Below, piece after piece: positions 1 through 10,103 of a DNA stretch of 64,000 nt. Every line of letters starts with the position of its first letter. The stretch's first letter is position 1. Where the stretch lies: positions 384,001 to 448,000 of the forward strand of contig CAWKHF010000002.1 in the NCBI GenBank assembly GCA_963849325.1. Direction: 5' to 3'. The position numbers were made by a program, and so were the translations under genes. The notes below the pieces were generated by a model, which saw only the letters and a list, made by a program, of their open reading frames with translations, had not been told where the DNA came from and ran no database searches. This stretch comes from an uncultured Planctomycetota bacterium (GTDB lineage: Bacteria; Planctomycetota; Planctomycetia; Gemmatales; Gemmataceae).

Positions 1-234
1 CCGCTGACGCACGACCTGGTCGCCGGCGTCATCGAGAACATGGGCGGCGAACTGCGCGACATCTACATCAGCGAGCTGCGCGACCACACCTATTACGCCA
101 AGCTGCGCATCCGCCTCAACGGCGAGATGGTCGATGTCGATTGCCGGCCCAGCGACGCCATCGCCCTGGCCGTCACCGCCAGCGTGCCCATCTACGTCGC
201 CGAGGACGTGCTCGAGGAAGTGTGCGGCGAGTGA
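1..234 (+). CDS. Bifunctional nuclease family protein (DUF151), 5'-truncated by window edge
   Basis: Frame 1 is open from base 1: PLTHDL...ISELRDHTYYAKL...VDCRPSDAIALA...PIYVAEDVL, the DUF151 signature. Confidence 0.9.
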   Translation, partial: PLTHDLVAGVIENMGGELRDIYISELRDHTYYAKLRIRLNGEMVDVDCRPSDAIALAVTASVPIYVAEDVLEEVCGE

Positions 235-402
235 CAACGGATTGTCGCACGCTCGCCCCGCCCGCCGGCCCTTCCCAGATTACCTCCGCGTCCCGGTCTC
301 CACCCCGCGAGAAACTGCTCTGGCATCCGTCGGGCGGAACGCTTATAGGAGGATCGTCCCAGGCCGATGTGACCATCGCCGGAACGAAGACCGGGTGCCG
401 CC

Positions 403-1209
403 ATGCCGATCGCACAGTCCGCCCGCATTCATCCCACGGCCGTGATCGCGCCGGAAGCCGACCTTGGCGACGACGTCCAGGTCGGCCCGCACGTGGTCGT
501 TGAAGGGGAGGTCCGCGTCGGCGCCGGCTGCGTTCTGCGGCCGGGCGTCCACCTGATCGGCCCGCTGACAATGGGGTGTCACAACACCGTCTACAGCGGC
601 GCCGTGCTCGGCGAGCAGCCGCAGCACCTCAAGTACGCCGGCGAGCCGACGCGGGTGGTAATCGGCGATCACAACATCATCCGCGAGCACGTTACCATCC
701 ACCGCGGCACGACGCACTCGTGGGAGACACGCCTCGGCAGTCACAACTTCCTGATGGCCCACAGCCACGTCGCCCACGACTGCCGCATCGGCGACCGCTG
801 CATCCTCGCCAACGGCGCCCTGATGGGCGGCCACTCCGTCCTGGAGGACAACGTCTACCTGTCGGGCAACTGCGCCATCCACCAGTTCTGCCGCGTCGGC
901 CGCTTGGCCCTGCTCGGCGGCGTCTCGGCCAGCACCAAGGACATTCCACCCTTCATCATTCAGCACCGCCTGGACTGCGTCGTCGGCGTCAATGTGGTCG
1001 GCATGCGCCGGGCCGGCATTCCGCCGGCGAACATCGAGGCCGTCCGCCGCGCCTTCCGCATCCTCTATCGCAGCCACCTGGTCGTCCCCGCGGCCCTGGC
1101 GCGGATGGAACAGGAACTCGGACAGGTTCCCGAGGTGGCCGAGTTGGTCGCCTTCATCCGTGCCTCGTCGCGCGGCATCATCCTGCACACCGACCGCGCC
1201 GCCGCCTGA
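403..1209 (+). CDS. lpxA: Acyl-ACP--UDP-N-acetylglucosamine O-acyltransferase
   Basis: IHPTAVI start, hexapeptide repeats, PQHLKYAGEPT, IREHVTIHRGT, HVAHDC, IHQFCRVG, GVNVVGMRRAG. Confidence 0.93.
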   Translation: MPIAQSARIHPTAVIAPEADLGDDVQVGPHVVVEGEVRVGAGCVLRPGVHLIGPLTMGCHNTVYSGAVLGEQPQHLKYAGEPTRVVIGDHNIIREHVTIHRGTTHSWETRLGSHNFLMAHSHVAHDCRIGDRCILANGALMGGHSVLEDNVYLSGNCAIHQFCRVGRLALLGGVSASTKDIPPFIIQHRLDCVVGVNVVGMRRAGIPPANIEAVRRAFRILYRSHLVVPAALARMEQELGQVPEVAELVAFIRASSRGIILHTDRAAA

Positions 1210-1242
1210 CGCGAAGAACGCGAAGCCGCAAGCGGCCCCACG

Positions 1243-1503
1243 CTATTTCCCTCCTTCCAGCTCCTTGACGACCTGCGCCACCAGTTCCGGCTTGTCCTGC
1301 TGCTGCAGATGATCGATGCGCGGCTGCGGCACACCGAGCTTCTGCATCGCGGCGACGATCCGCGTCCATACACCCTGGCGCTTCTTGCCCGTGCTCAGGT
1401 ACAGTTCGCCGACCATCTCCGCCAGGCGCTGGAGCTGAATCGTGTCCTGGTTATCGTAATAGCGCTTGATGATCTTCTGTTGATACGGCGTGAAATCGGC
1501 CAT
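1243..1503 (-). CDS. Small conserved hypothetical protein (86 aa)
   Basis: MADFTPYQQKIIKRYYDNQD...; ATG at 1503 with GGGAGG upstream; host-like codon usage. Confidence 0.75.
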   Translation of the reverse strand: MADFTPYQQKIIKRYYDNQDTIQLQRLAEMVGELYLSTGKKRQGVWTRIVAAMQKLGVPQPRIDHLQQQDKPELVAQVVKELEGGK

Positions 1504-1525
1504 AAGTCCCTCCCGAGAAGCGAAC

Positions 1526-1581
1526 CGAGCCGCGACCGTCAGGGAGCGGGGAGAGTACCGCTCCCTGACGGTCGCGGCTCG
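1526..1581. repeat. REP-like palindrome family A, copy 1
   Basis: Arms cgagccgcgaccgtcagggagcgg / ccgctccctgacggtcgcggctcg; also at 3005, 17509 and 53784. Confidence 0.9.
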
Positions 1582-1869
1582 ATTGGGTCCGCTCGCCTTT
1601 AGCGTGATGCAAGGCGACGATTCCGTCAAGGCGGATCGACTGGCGCGGGGCCGTTTCATTTTGGCGAAATGGCCGGCTGACGCACCACCGTTCCCCCTAG
1701 GGTTCGTCCTTGATCTCAAATACGCAGTCCTCGGTGGGATGGAGCGTCTCCTTCGGATCATGGCCGCGCAGGGCAACGGAAACTACAATGACGCCGGCGA
1801 ACATACCGGACGATCCACCGGCATCCCTTCACCTACCCTCACTCGTCCTCATCCTGGAGGAATTACTCT

Positions 1870-2295
1870 GTGCCTGTCGTGTCGATTCTGTTTGGCATCC
1901 TGCTGATTGGCCTGGGCGTCTGGGGCTATTGGGGGGGCGAGCTGGGATTGTGGGCGCCGCTGGGATTGGCCCCGCCGGAGCATCTCAGCCTCACGGCCCT
2001 GATCCCCGCCTACGTGGGAGCGGCCCTGGTTGTGCTGGGCCTGCTGGCCCTCAAGGCGAGCCTGCTCAAGCACGCCATGCACGTCGCCGCCATGATCGGC
2101 TTACTCGGCCTCCTCGCCGCCGGCGGGCGGCTCGTTTCCTCCCTGGCCTCCAAGGGCAGGGCGGAGGGCGTGAGCGGCGCCAGCCTGTCGCTGATGATGC
2201 TGCTCTGCGCGGTATTTCTCGCTCTGTGCGTTAACTCGTTCATCCAGGCTCGTCGTCGCCGTCGCGCCACCGCGACTGCCGCCCCGGCGCCCTGA
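1870..2295 (+). CDS. Hypothetical membrane protein (about 4 TM segments)
   Basis: GTG start after GGAGGA; hydrophobic helices; SLTALIPA and KHAMHVAA segments. Confidence 0.75.
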   Translation: MPVVSILFGILLIGLGVWGYWGGELGLWAPLGLAPPEHLSLTALIPAYVGAALVVLGLLALKASLLKHAMHVAAMIGLLGLLAAGGRLVSSLASKGRAEGVSGASLSLMMLLCAVFLALCVNSFIQARRRRRATATAAPAP

Positions 2296-2967
2296 CGAAC
2301 CGACGGGGACGAGCCAGGCGACTTCCTCCTCTTCCTCTCCGCGATGTTCCTCGTGCGACGGCGGGATGATGAATCCGGCCATCGCCACGGCGACGCCGAG
2401 TCCGGCGGCGACCATCCCGGCGAACCAGAAGGGACGGCCTTTGGTCAAGAGCGCGATCGAGCACAGGATCAGGGCCAACTCAATGCCCAGCTCGCCCAAG
2501 TCGAAGAAGTTCGCCCGATGGTGATGCCGGTGCGCTTCCTCGGCGTACTTCTGGATCTCCTGGCTCAGTTGATGGCCTTTCATTTCGAGCTTCTTGGCAT
2601 CCGCCTTCCACTTCCGGGCGTTATCCGTCCACTTGAGGACAGCTTGCTTCGCCTTGTCCTTCGTTGTGGACGAGCCACTGGCGTCGGCGGTGAGGGCGAA
2701 CTCGTCGGCCAGCCCCTCGGCCAGCAATTGCCGATTTTTCTTGGCCTGGTAGTAGGCGAAGACGTTGGCGCGCTCGGTGATGTTGTCGTTGGATTGAATC
2801 TGGTTTTGCAAAGTCCCATTGTGGGCACGGTGGCTGAGCATGGTGACGCTGGCCAGCAGCGCGGCCACGATGGCCATGGTCAGCGCCACGCGGCGGTCGA
2901 AGGGGTTGTGGACCGCATGCTGAGCGTGTTCGGCTTCTTCGAGATGGTGTTCGGGTCCGTGTGGCAT
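2101..2967 (-). CDS. DUF4337-like membrane protein (true 3' end probably near 2300)
   Basis: His-rich N-terminus, RVALTMAIVAALLA, AYYQAKKNRQ, ELALILCSIALLTK. As read, the ORF overlaps the convergent gene by ~195 bp, so the stop is uncertain. Confidence 0.7.
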   Translation of the reverse strand: MPHGPEHHLEEAEHAQHAVHNPFDRRVALTMAIVAALLASVTMLSHRAHNGTLQNQIQSNDNITERANVFAYYQAKKNRQLLAEGLADEFALTADASGSSTTKDKAKQAVLKWTDNARKWKADAKKLEMKGHQLSQEIQKYAEEAHRHHHRANFFDLGELGIELALILCSIALLTKGRPFWFAGMVAAGLGVAVAMAGFIIPPSHEEHRGEEEEEVAWLVPVGSSGRRGGSRGGATATTSLDERVNAQSEKYRAEQHHQRQAGAAHALRPALGGQGGNEPPAGGEEAE

Positions 2968-3004
2968 ATTCGATGTCCGTGATCCAGGGGATGGCGAAAG
3001 GCTC

Positions 3005-3059
3005 CGAGCCGCGACCGTGAGGGAGTGGGATTCCCCCGCTCTCTCACGGTCGAGGCACC
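3005..3059. repeat. REP-like palindrome family A, degenerate copy 2
   Basis: cgagccgcgaccgtgagggagtggga...cccgctctctcacggtcgaggc. Confidence 0.75.
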
Positions 3060-3268
3060 GACGGATACCTTTCGTCCTGCGAGACTCCGTAAGAATCGAT
3101 TTCAATGTAGGAAGCAACGGACGAAAGGCCATTTTGCCATACTGCGAATTCCTTTCCCGAATCTCGTTGACAAACGAGACAAGCTGTCTTACCTTGTGCG
3201 AGGAATGCCCCATCTTCGGCGTGTCTGGCGGTTTCGGACGTGTCCACTCCCTGAATCGGAGACTGCAC

Positions 3269-6200
3269 ATGATCGTCTGCACTCGTACTCCCGCAAGGCT
3301 GTCGTGGCTCGGCCGGCTCGCCGTGTTGATCCTGGGCGTCGTCTTTTTGCCGCTTTTGCCCGCACCCGCCGAGCCGCAGAAGAAGACGGCCACTCCGGCT
3401 GAATCCACGTCTCCGCCGGCAACTCCTTCCCCAGCGGCGAGCCAACCGCAGCCGGAGCCGGACGAGGACGCCGAATCGTTCCTGCCTAATCCGGTGCCTC
3501 TGCAGGGCCGAATCCTCACCATCGGCTCGGTGGCGTTTTCGCCCGACGGCAAACGCCTGGCGATGGGCGCCGGCTGGGTCGATCAGCCGGTGGGCGAGCT
3601 GCGCCTGTGGGACGTGGACAAGGGCCGCAGGATCGCCACCCTCCAGACGCCGCGCAGCGTGCGCTCGGTCGCTTTTTCTCCCGACGGCAAGAACCTGGCC
3701 AGTGGCGAACTCGATGGCGCCATCCGGTTGCGCGACCCGGACACCGGCGCGGTTCGGGCCACCCTTAACGGACCTGCGGTCGGCGTCAACTCCGTCGCCT
3801 TCTCGCCGGATAGCAAGCGGCTCGCCGTCGCGGGACTGGACAACGTCGTGACGATCTGGGACGTGTCGACGGGCAAAGAGCAGGGACGCTTGCAGGGGCA
3901 CATGGACAAGGTGGTGTGCGTGGCCTTCTCCTCCGACGGCAAGACGCTGGCGTCTTCCAGCCACGACCGCAGCGCCCTCCTGTGGGACGTAGGCTCGGGC
4001 AAGGCTCGGGCCACGCTCTCCGGACATGAAGGGGTGGTGGAGTTTCTCGCCTTTTCTCCCGACGGCAAGACCGTCGCCACGGCCAGCTGGGACGGCACGG
4101 TAAAACTGTGGGACGCCGCCACCGGCACCGAGCAGAAGACACTCCCCGGCGCGGGCGACATCGTGATGTGCGTGGCCTATGCGCCGGACGGCAAGACGTT
4201 GGCCGCCTCCGGACCCAACGGTCGAATCAAGCTTTGGGACGCGGCGACCCTGGAGGAACAGGCCATCCTCGAGCATCCGCCTCAGGGCATCTGGAGCCTG
4301 GCCTTCTCCGCGGACAGCAAACGTCTGGCCACGGGCAGCCGAGATGGCACGGTGAAGTTATGGGACGTGGCGGAGCGCAAGGAATCGGCCGCCGTGCAGG
4401 AAACACAAGGACGTCTCTTCGAGCCGCAGCCGGTCCTGGCGCTGGCCTACGCGCCGGACGGCAAGACGATGGCCATCGCCGGCGAGGAGGGCGGCGTGCA
4501 GATCTGCGACCTGGCCACGGGGAGCCAGCGTTTCCTCCTCAAGGGTCATGCCGATGTCGTCACCTGCCTGGCGTTTTCGCCGGACGGCAAGCTCCTGGCC
4601 ACCGGCAGCCCCGATCAGAAGATCAAGCTGTGGGACACGACCACCGGCAAGGAAGTCCGCACCCTGGAAGGGCATACCAGCTGGGTCTACGCTTTGGCCT
4701 TCTCGGCCGACGGCCAAACACTGGCCAGCGGCAGCTACGACAAGACCGTTCGCCTCTGGGATGCCGCCACCGGGCAGAACGTCCGCGTCCTCAAGGGCCA
4801 CAAAGCCTCGGTGCGCGCGGTCGCCTTCACGGCGGACGGCAAGACCCTCGCCTCGGGCGGCGGCGATCGCGCCATCAAGTTGTGGGACGCCGGCACCGGG
4901 GCGGAGCGCGTCACCCTCAAGGGGCATGAAGGCGGCGTGCGTGCGCTGGCCTTCGCGCCCGACGGCAAGACGCTGGCCAGTGCCGGCGAAGACCAGACCG
5001 CCCGACTGTGGGACGTGGACAAGGCCAGCGAGCGGAGCATCCTCAAAGGACACAACGACGAGGTCACGGTCCTCGCCTTCTCGCCGCGCGGCCGCACGTT
5101 GGTGACGGCCAGTCTCGATACGACGATCAAGGTCTGGGATCCCGAAGAGCGGCCGTCTGCGGGCCAACTTGCCGGGACATCCCGAGGGAGCGACGGCCGT
5201 GGCCATCGCGCCGAGCGGTCGTCAACTCGCCAGCGGTGGCCGGGACAAGACGGTCAAACTGTGGTCTCCCATCCTGCCTCCGCGCGTGGTCCTCGGCCCA
5301 CGCCTGACGCTGACTGGCCACGAAAAGCAGGTCTGGTTCGCCGTGCCCTCGCCGGACGGCAAACGCCTCGTCACCGGCGGCGATGACGGCAAAATTCGCC
5401 TCTGGGATGTGCGGCCCGATTCGCTGCACACCTCCTCGGTGCTGCCTTCCGTGGGCCTGGTCGTGGCCTTCACGCCCGACGGCCAAACGCTGGTCGTATC
5501 CTGCGGCAATGGCTCCATCCATCTTCTGGATGCCGCCACCGGCAAGGCACGGAGGATCCTGACGGGCCACAGCATGCCGGTCCTCTCGCTCGCCCTCAGT
5601 CCCGACGGGAAGAAGTTGGCCTCGGCGGCGGGCCAGTGGTCGGACACCAATCGGCCCGGCGAAATCAAGCTCTGGGACATGACGACCGGCAAGGAACTGG
5701 CCTCGTTCACGGGACACGAAAGCATGGTCCATGCCGTCGCCATCTCCCCGGACGGCAAGACCCTGGCCTCCGCCGGTTTCGATCGCACCGCTCGCCTTTG
5801 GGACATGGCCACCTTCAAGGAGCGAGCCGTCCTGACAGGGCACACGGCCTCCGTCCGCACGCTGGCCTTCGCGCCCGACGGCAAGACGCTGCTGACGGGA
5901 AGCTGGAACCCGGATCGGTCCATCAAGGTCTGGGACGTAGCCGATGGCAAGGAATTAAAGACGCTGCCGACGACACTGTTCGGGATCAACGGCCTCGCCG
6001 TGTCGCCGGACGGCAAGACGGTGGTAGTGTCCGAGCAAGCGCGCGGCCGCAATGCGCCGGGTCGGTTCCAGGTCCGTGACCGGCAAACGGGGGCGATGCG
6101 GGCCGACATCCACCTCCCCGGCGGACGCGCGGTGTTTGTGGCCTTCGCGCCGGATGGGCGGATGTTGGCGGTGGCGAGTGGCCGCGACCGGCAACACGGC

Positions 6201-7151
6201 GAGGTCGGCCTTTGGGACACGTCTACCTGGCAGCTCCAGGGCCGCATGACGGGCTTCCGCTCCCTCGTCGAGGGCGTCGCCTTCAGCCCCGACAGCAAGC
6301 GACTGGCTGCCGCCGGCCTGCCGGACGCGGGTCCGAGCGTCGTGAAAGTGTGGAACCTGACTGCCGCTCGTCCCCAGGGTCTCACCTTCGCGCACACCGG
6401 CTCGGCGATGTCCGCCGCCTTCTCTCCGGACGGCAAGATCCTGACCATCGGCCTTTCCGGCGGCACGGTGCAGCTATGGGATGCCCACGGAGGCGGCCGT
6501 CTGGAGGTGCTTAGCGGCCATACCGGACAAATCCGCGGCCTGGCCTTCTCCCCCGACGGCAAAACGCTGGCGACGGCCAGCAACGACAACACCGTCCGGC
6601 TGTGGGACGTGGCCACGTCCAAGGTGAAGGCCGTCTTGAACGGCCACCGCAATCGGACGACCGGAGTGGCTTTCACCCCGGATGGCAAATCGCTCGTTTC
6701 GGTGAGTTGGGACCAGACCGCGAAAGTGTGGGACGCCGGCACCGGCGCCGAGCGCTCCAGCTTCCGGATCCAGGGTCAAGTCTGGAGCATGGCGCTATCG
6801 CCAGACGGCAAGACGTTGGCAACGGCCAGTGGCCTGGGCACGATCAAGCTGTGGGACGTGGCCTCGGGTCGAGAACGGCGTACCCTGCCGTACCCGCCGC
6901 ACGCGCGGGGCGTGGCGTTCTCCCCCGACGGCAAAATGTTGGCCGCCGGTAACCTCGGCGGCGGCGTGAAGTTGTGGGACGTAACTAGCGGGCAGGAGAT
7001 CGCTTCGCTGGAAGGGCACCGCGACCTGATCTTCTCCGTAAGTTTCTCTCCGGATGGCAAGACGCTGACCAGCGCCAGCAAGGACGAGACGGCCCGATTG
7101 TGGCAGGTGCCCGCGATCATGACCGCACCGAACGAACAAGCGAGCCGGTGA
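3269..7151 (+). CDS. Large WD40-repeat protein (28 repeats) with N-terminal signal/TM segment; one frameshift near 5140-5170
   Basis: ORFs 3017..5386 and 5169..7151 carry 13 + 15 repeats of the form xAFSPDGKxLASxxxDxxVKLWD; hydrophobic RLAVLILGVVFLPLLP precedes them. Confidence 0.9.
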
Positions 7152-7333
7152 TCCGGCGTCCACGCCCCGGTTGCCGGAACCTCCCCTTGCCCGGAATGCT
7201 AGAGTAACCTATGTGGGCTGATGGGTTCGCGTGTGGCAGCGCGATCGCCCGTGCCGCCTGGCTCTCGACATGCGCGGCCGGAAACGACGCTGTCAAGTCC
7301 TACACCCGCTTCCTTGTTTACGGAGGGCGATCC

Positions 7334-7725
7334 GTGCGCATCTGGAATTGGTTATTCGGGAAGAAAGAAAAGCCTGTCCTCTCGGCCATCAAGGAAAGGC
7401 CATTGCCTGTGGACGGCGATGGGAAACGCCGGCCCGGTGACAGTCTCGACGAGAGGACCGCGACTCCTGTCATTCGGGGAAGATGCCAAAGGTGACAGGT
7501 TCCGAGAGGCAGGCGCCGGCGAACGCGGAGGCGGAGAACCTCCGGCGGTGGCGGGAGTCCGGCGGAACGCGGACCTGGGTCGAGGAGCGCCAGGGCCGCT
7601 GGAACCACGACGATTGGCTCAACCTTCTCGACGAGCTGAAACGCTCCTCCTTCTGGCCGATGTCGGTGGATGCGGTGGGTCTGGCGTTGGAAGAGACCAA
7701 GGCGGAATGGCTCCGCCGAAATTAG
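7334..7725 (+). CDS. Hypothetical protein, probably one gene with a frameshift near 7480
   Basis: GGAGGG then GTG at 7334 (VRIWNWLFGKKEK...), continuing in ORF 7483..7725 (WVEERQGRWNHDDWLNLLDELKRSSFWPM). Confidence 0.55.
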
Positions 7726-7920
7726 GTCGTGTGGACCAAGGCGAGGTAAAGGGGGTAAAAGACAAGCCGGACTTCAAGCCACGCAGGGTCTGTCATGCGG
7801 CATCGCCATGCACTTTCGGATGCTGCTGTACGCCGCCCCACAGGGCTGGGGCCAGCTTCCACCTACGTTCGCGCTGACGGAGGCGCAGCATGACCGTGAA
7901 AGGAGTGATGCGAGAGCATT

Positions 7921-8814
7921 TCAAGGCGAGGGTCGCCGTTTACTCCGACTTCGACGCGAGGGTTGGCCGAGCAACTCCTGCCAGCTGGTCGTGGATCGCA
8001 TGCGCTGGAGCAAACCTTCCAGTTGCGCCAGATTGTCCATCCGCTCGATTACTGCGGCCGTTTGGGCATTCACGGGTCCGTAGGCGTCTTCGCCCAGCAG
8101 GCGAAGCATCCTCTTCGCCTCGGCCACGGCACCCTCCGTTCGTCCTTCTTCCAGGATGGCCTGATACGTCGAGGACTCTTTCATGGACAGCACTCCTCGG
8201 AATAACTGCGTCGCCAGGGCCGGCGAGTAACGCAGGCCCAGCAGGATGTACGCCGCCCCCCACACAACCGGGGTCAGCTTCCGTCCGCGCCGGCTGGTCA
8301 GGCGCTGTTCGATCTGCTTTATTATGCCCGGCAGTTCGGCTTCTGTCACGGCGCTGATGACCGCCAGCGGCAGCAGCCCCAAACCGCCGCTCAATAACGC
8401 TTGCGGCGGTAGTTGCCAGACGCGCACCACCCGGTAGCGAAAGATCAGGTACGCCTCCTCGCCGGGAAAGTCGCGCTGATACAGGCCCGTCAACTGAGGC
8501 GAATCGGCCTCCGGGCGCAGCAGCACGACACCGCTGCGCACGCGCAGGTCATGACGGTGCTCCAGTAAGCCGTGGCGCACCAGCATCATACTCGGCAGTG
8601 ACGCCGCATCGTGCCCGGCGACGAACTCCAGGTGCAGCAGATAGGGAGGGTCGGCCCAGACGCGCAGGACTTTGTCGGCGGCCCCGCTGACGGTGGCGAT
8701 GTCCGCGTCGATCACCGCCGTCGGCGCCTTCGGCTGTCCGAAAAAGATAGGCCACGACTCCGGCTCCGTCTCGACCAGCGCTTTGAGCGTCGGGTCATAC
8801 GGCTTGGCGCTCAT
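7921..8814 (-). CDS. Rpn/YhgA-like PD-(D/E)XK nuclease family protein (putative transposase/DUF4351-type)
   Basis: N-terminal YDPTLKALV, ADKVLRV...LLHLEF, YRVVRVWQLP, LLPLA and C-terminal MKESSTYQAILEEG motifs typical of this family. Confidence 0.75.
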   Translation of the reverse strand: MSAKPYDPTLKALVETEPESWPIFFGQPKAPTAVIDADIATVSGAADKVLRVWADPPYLLHLEFVAGHDAASLPSMMLVRHGLLEHRHDLRVRSGVVLLRPEADSPQLTGLYQRDFPGEEAYLIFRYRVVRVWQLPPQALLSGGLGLLPLAVISAVTEAELPGIIKQIEQRLTSRRGRKLTPVVWGAAYILLGLRYSPALATQLFRGVLSMKESSTYQAILEEGRTEGAVAEAKRMLRLLGEDAYGPVNAQTAAVIERMDNLAQLEGLLQRMRSTTSWQELLGQPSRRSRSKRRPSP

Positions 8815-8958
8815 TCACTTGTCGCTGTCGGTGGGGGCGGTGCGCGGCAGATCGCGTTTTTGGTCGGGACGGTTCATGCCCTTCTCCTTGTCGCTGCCGC
8901 AACCGGGCACGACCGCGAGCAGCAAGGCGGTCAGGAGCAAGTAAACCCACGATCTCAT
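8815..8958 (-). CDS. Small lipoprotein (47 aa)
   Basis: MRSWVYLLLTALLLAVVPG-C lipobox-like signal; stop directly abuts the ATG of the Rpn-like gene. Confidence 0.7.
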   Translation of the reverse strand: MRSWVYLLLTALLLAVVPGCGSDKEKGMNRPDQKRDLPRTAPTDSDK

Positions 8959-9076
8959 GGACAGGTCCGCCTCGTGAAGCCACGGATAAGGGCGAAAGAT
9001 CGAAACGCAACAGGGCCAGTCGTGCTCGCCACGACTGGCCCCGAGTGTAGCCCGAAGGCAAAGCGAACAGGTGCGC

Positions 9077-9211
9077 TTACTTGGTTCCCGTGGCGCCGGT
9101 AGCGCCGGTCCCCTTGGGGCCAACGGCGCCGCCACTGGCCGTGGTCGAGCCGCAACCAACGGCGGCGACGGAGAAAGCAGCGACGAGGAGCAATGCGATC
9201 AGCTTCTTCAC
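9077..9211 (-). CDS. Small lipoprotein (44 aa), not in the ORF track
   Basis: Manual translation: GTG-KKLIALLLVAAFSVAAVG-C-GSTTASGGAVGPKGTGATGATGTK-TAA; AAAGGA upstream. Confidence 0.75.
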   Translation of the reverse strand: MKKLIALLLVAAFSVAAVGCGSTTASGGAVGPKGTGATGATGTK

Positions 9212-9390
9212 GGTGAGACCGTCCTTTCCAGTTTGTTCAGCCGGTTCCTTCAACCCCCCTGGCCATCCAGAGGGGTAGATCGTGTGGGTTCACAGCCACA
9301 TCTGCCTCTCCCCCGTTCATGAAGGGAGTTATGCTATAGCCGGGGCCAGTGCGAGGCAAGCCTGCCACCGAACGATATCTTCAAGGAAGA

Positions 9391-9777
9391 TTACTTCTTG
9401 TCGGCTTCCTCTTCGAGCGCCTTGGCCTCCTTTTCGAGATCCTCCGCCTCCTTATTGAGCTTGGCGATCTCGTCCTTCTTCTTCTCCTTATCCAACTTCT
9501 CCGCGGCGGCCCTCTTCTCCTTGGCCTGCTCCCTCTTCGACTTGGCCTGTTCGAGCTTCGCGGCCTTGTCGGCCTTCGCGGCCTTTTCCTTTTCGGCCAT
9601 GTCCTTTTTGTCCTTGTCCTGGTTGGCCTTGTCCTTGTCCTTGTCCTTGTCGGCCTTATCCTTCGACGTGTCCTTCGGAGTCTTCGTGGTGCTGGTGGTC
9701 TTGGTGGTCGTCGGGGGGCAACCCGTGGTCAGGCCGAGCAGGCCGCCGATCACCAGCAGCGCGAGCAGTTTCTTCAT
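9391..9777 (-). CDS. Lys/Asp/Glu-rich lipoprotein (128 aa)
   Basis: MKKLLALLVIGGLLGLTTG-C signal; DK repeats and charged helical tail; AAAGGA upstream. Confidence 0.8.
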   Translation of the reverse strand: MKKLLALLVIGGLLGLTTGCPPTTTKTTSTTKTPKDTSKDKADKDKDKDKANQDKDKKDMAEKEKAAKADKAAKLEQAKSKREQAKEKRAAAEKLDKEKKKDEIAKLNKEAEDLEKEAKALEEEADKK

Positions 9778-10103
9778 GGTGTTTTCATCCTTTCCGATAC
9801 GTGGAGGGAAGCAAAACGCTTCCGCCGTGCGCCCCAGCGGCGCACGATCCATGAGTAGGATGCGCCTCGGCGGAAATTATTCCCGAAAAAATCATCGTCC
9901 GACGACGAAAGAACAAGTCCCATCCAGCGAAGGACTTTTGTGCTGGCATGACGGGGGCAATCCGCGTAAGGTGAAACACTCGCCACCCGCCGACGTCCGC
10001 CGCGGAGGAGTCCGCGGGGCGTTGCGACCCTATTCGGCGTTTTTCCGCCGCGCAGGGAATAAATCGCCCCGATGCGGGTTCATGCTACTAGAGGACATGC
10101 ATC

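Noticed and set aside
7921-8814. Rpn-like gene as an IS element
   Set aside because: No terminal inverted repeats, target duplication or DDE/HUH motifs were seen.
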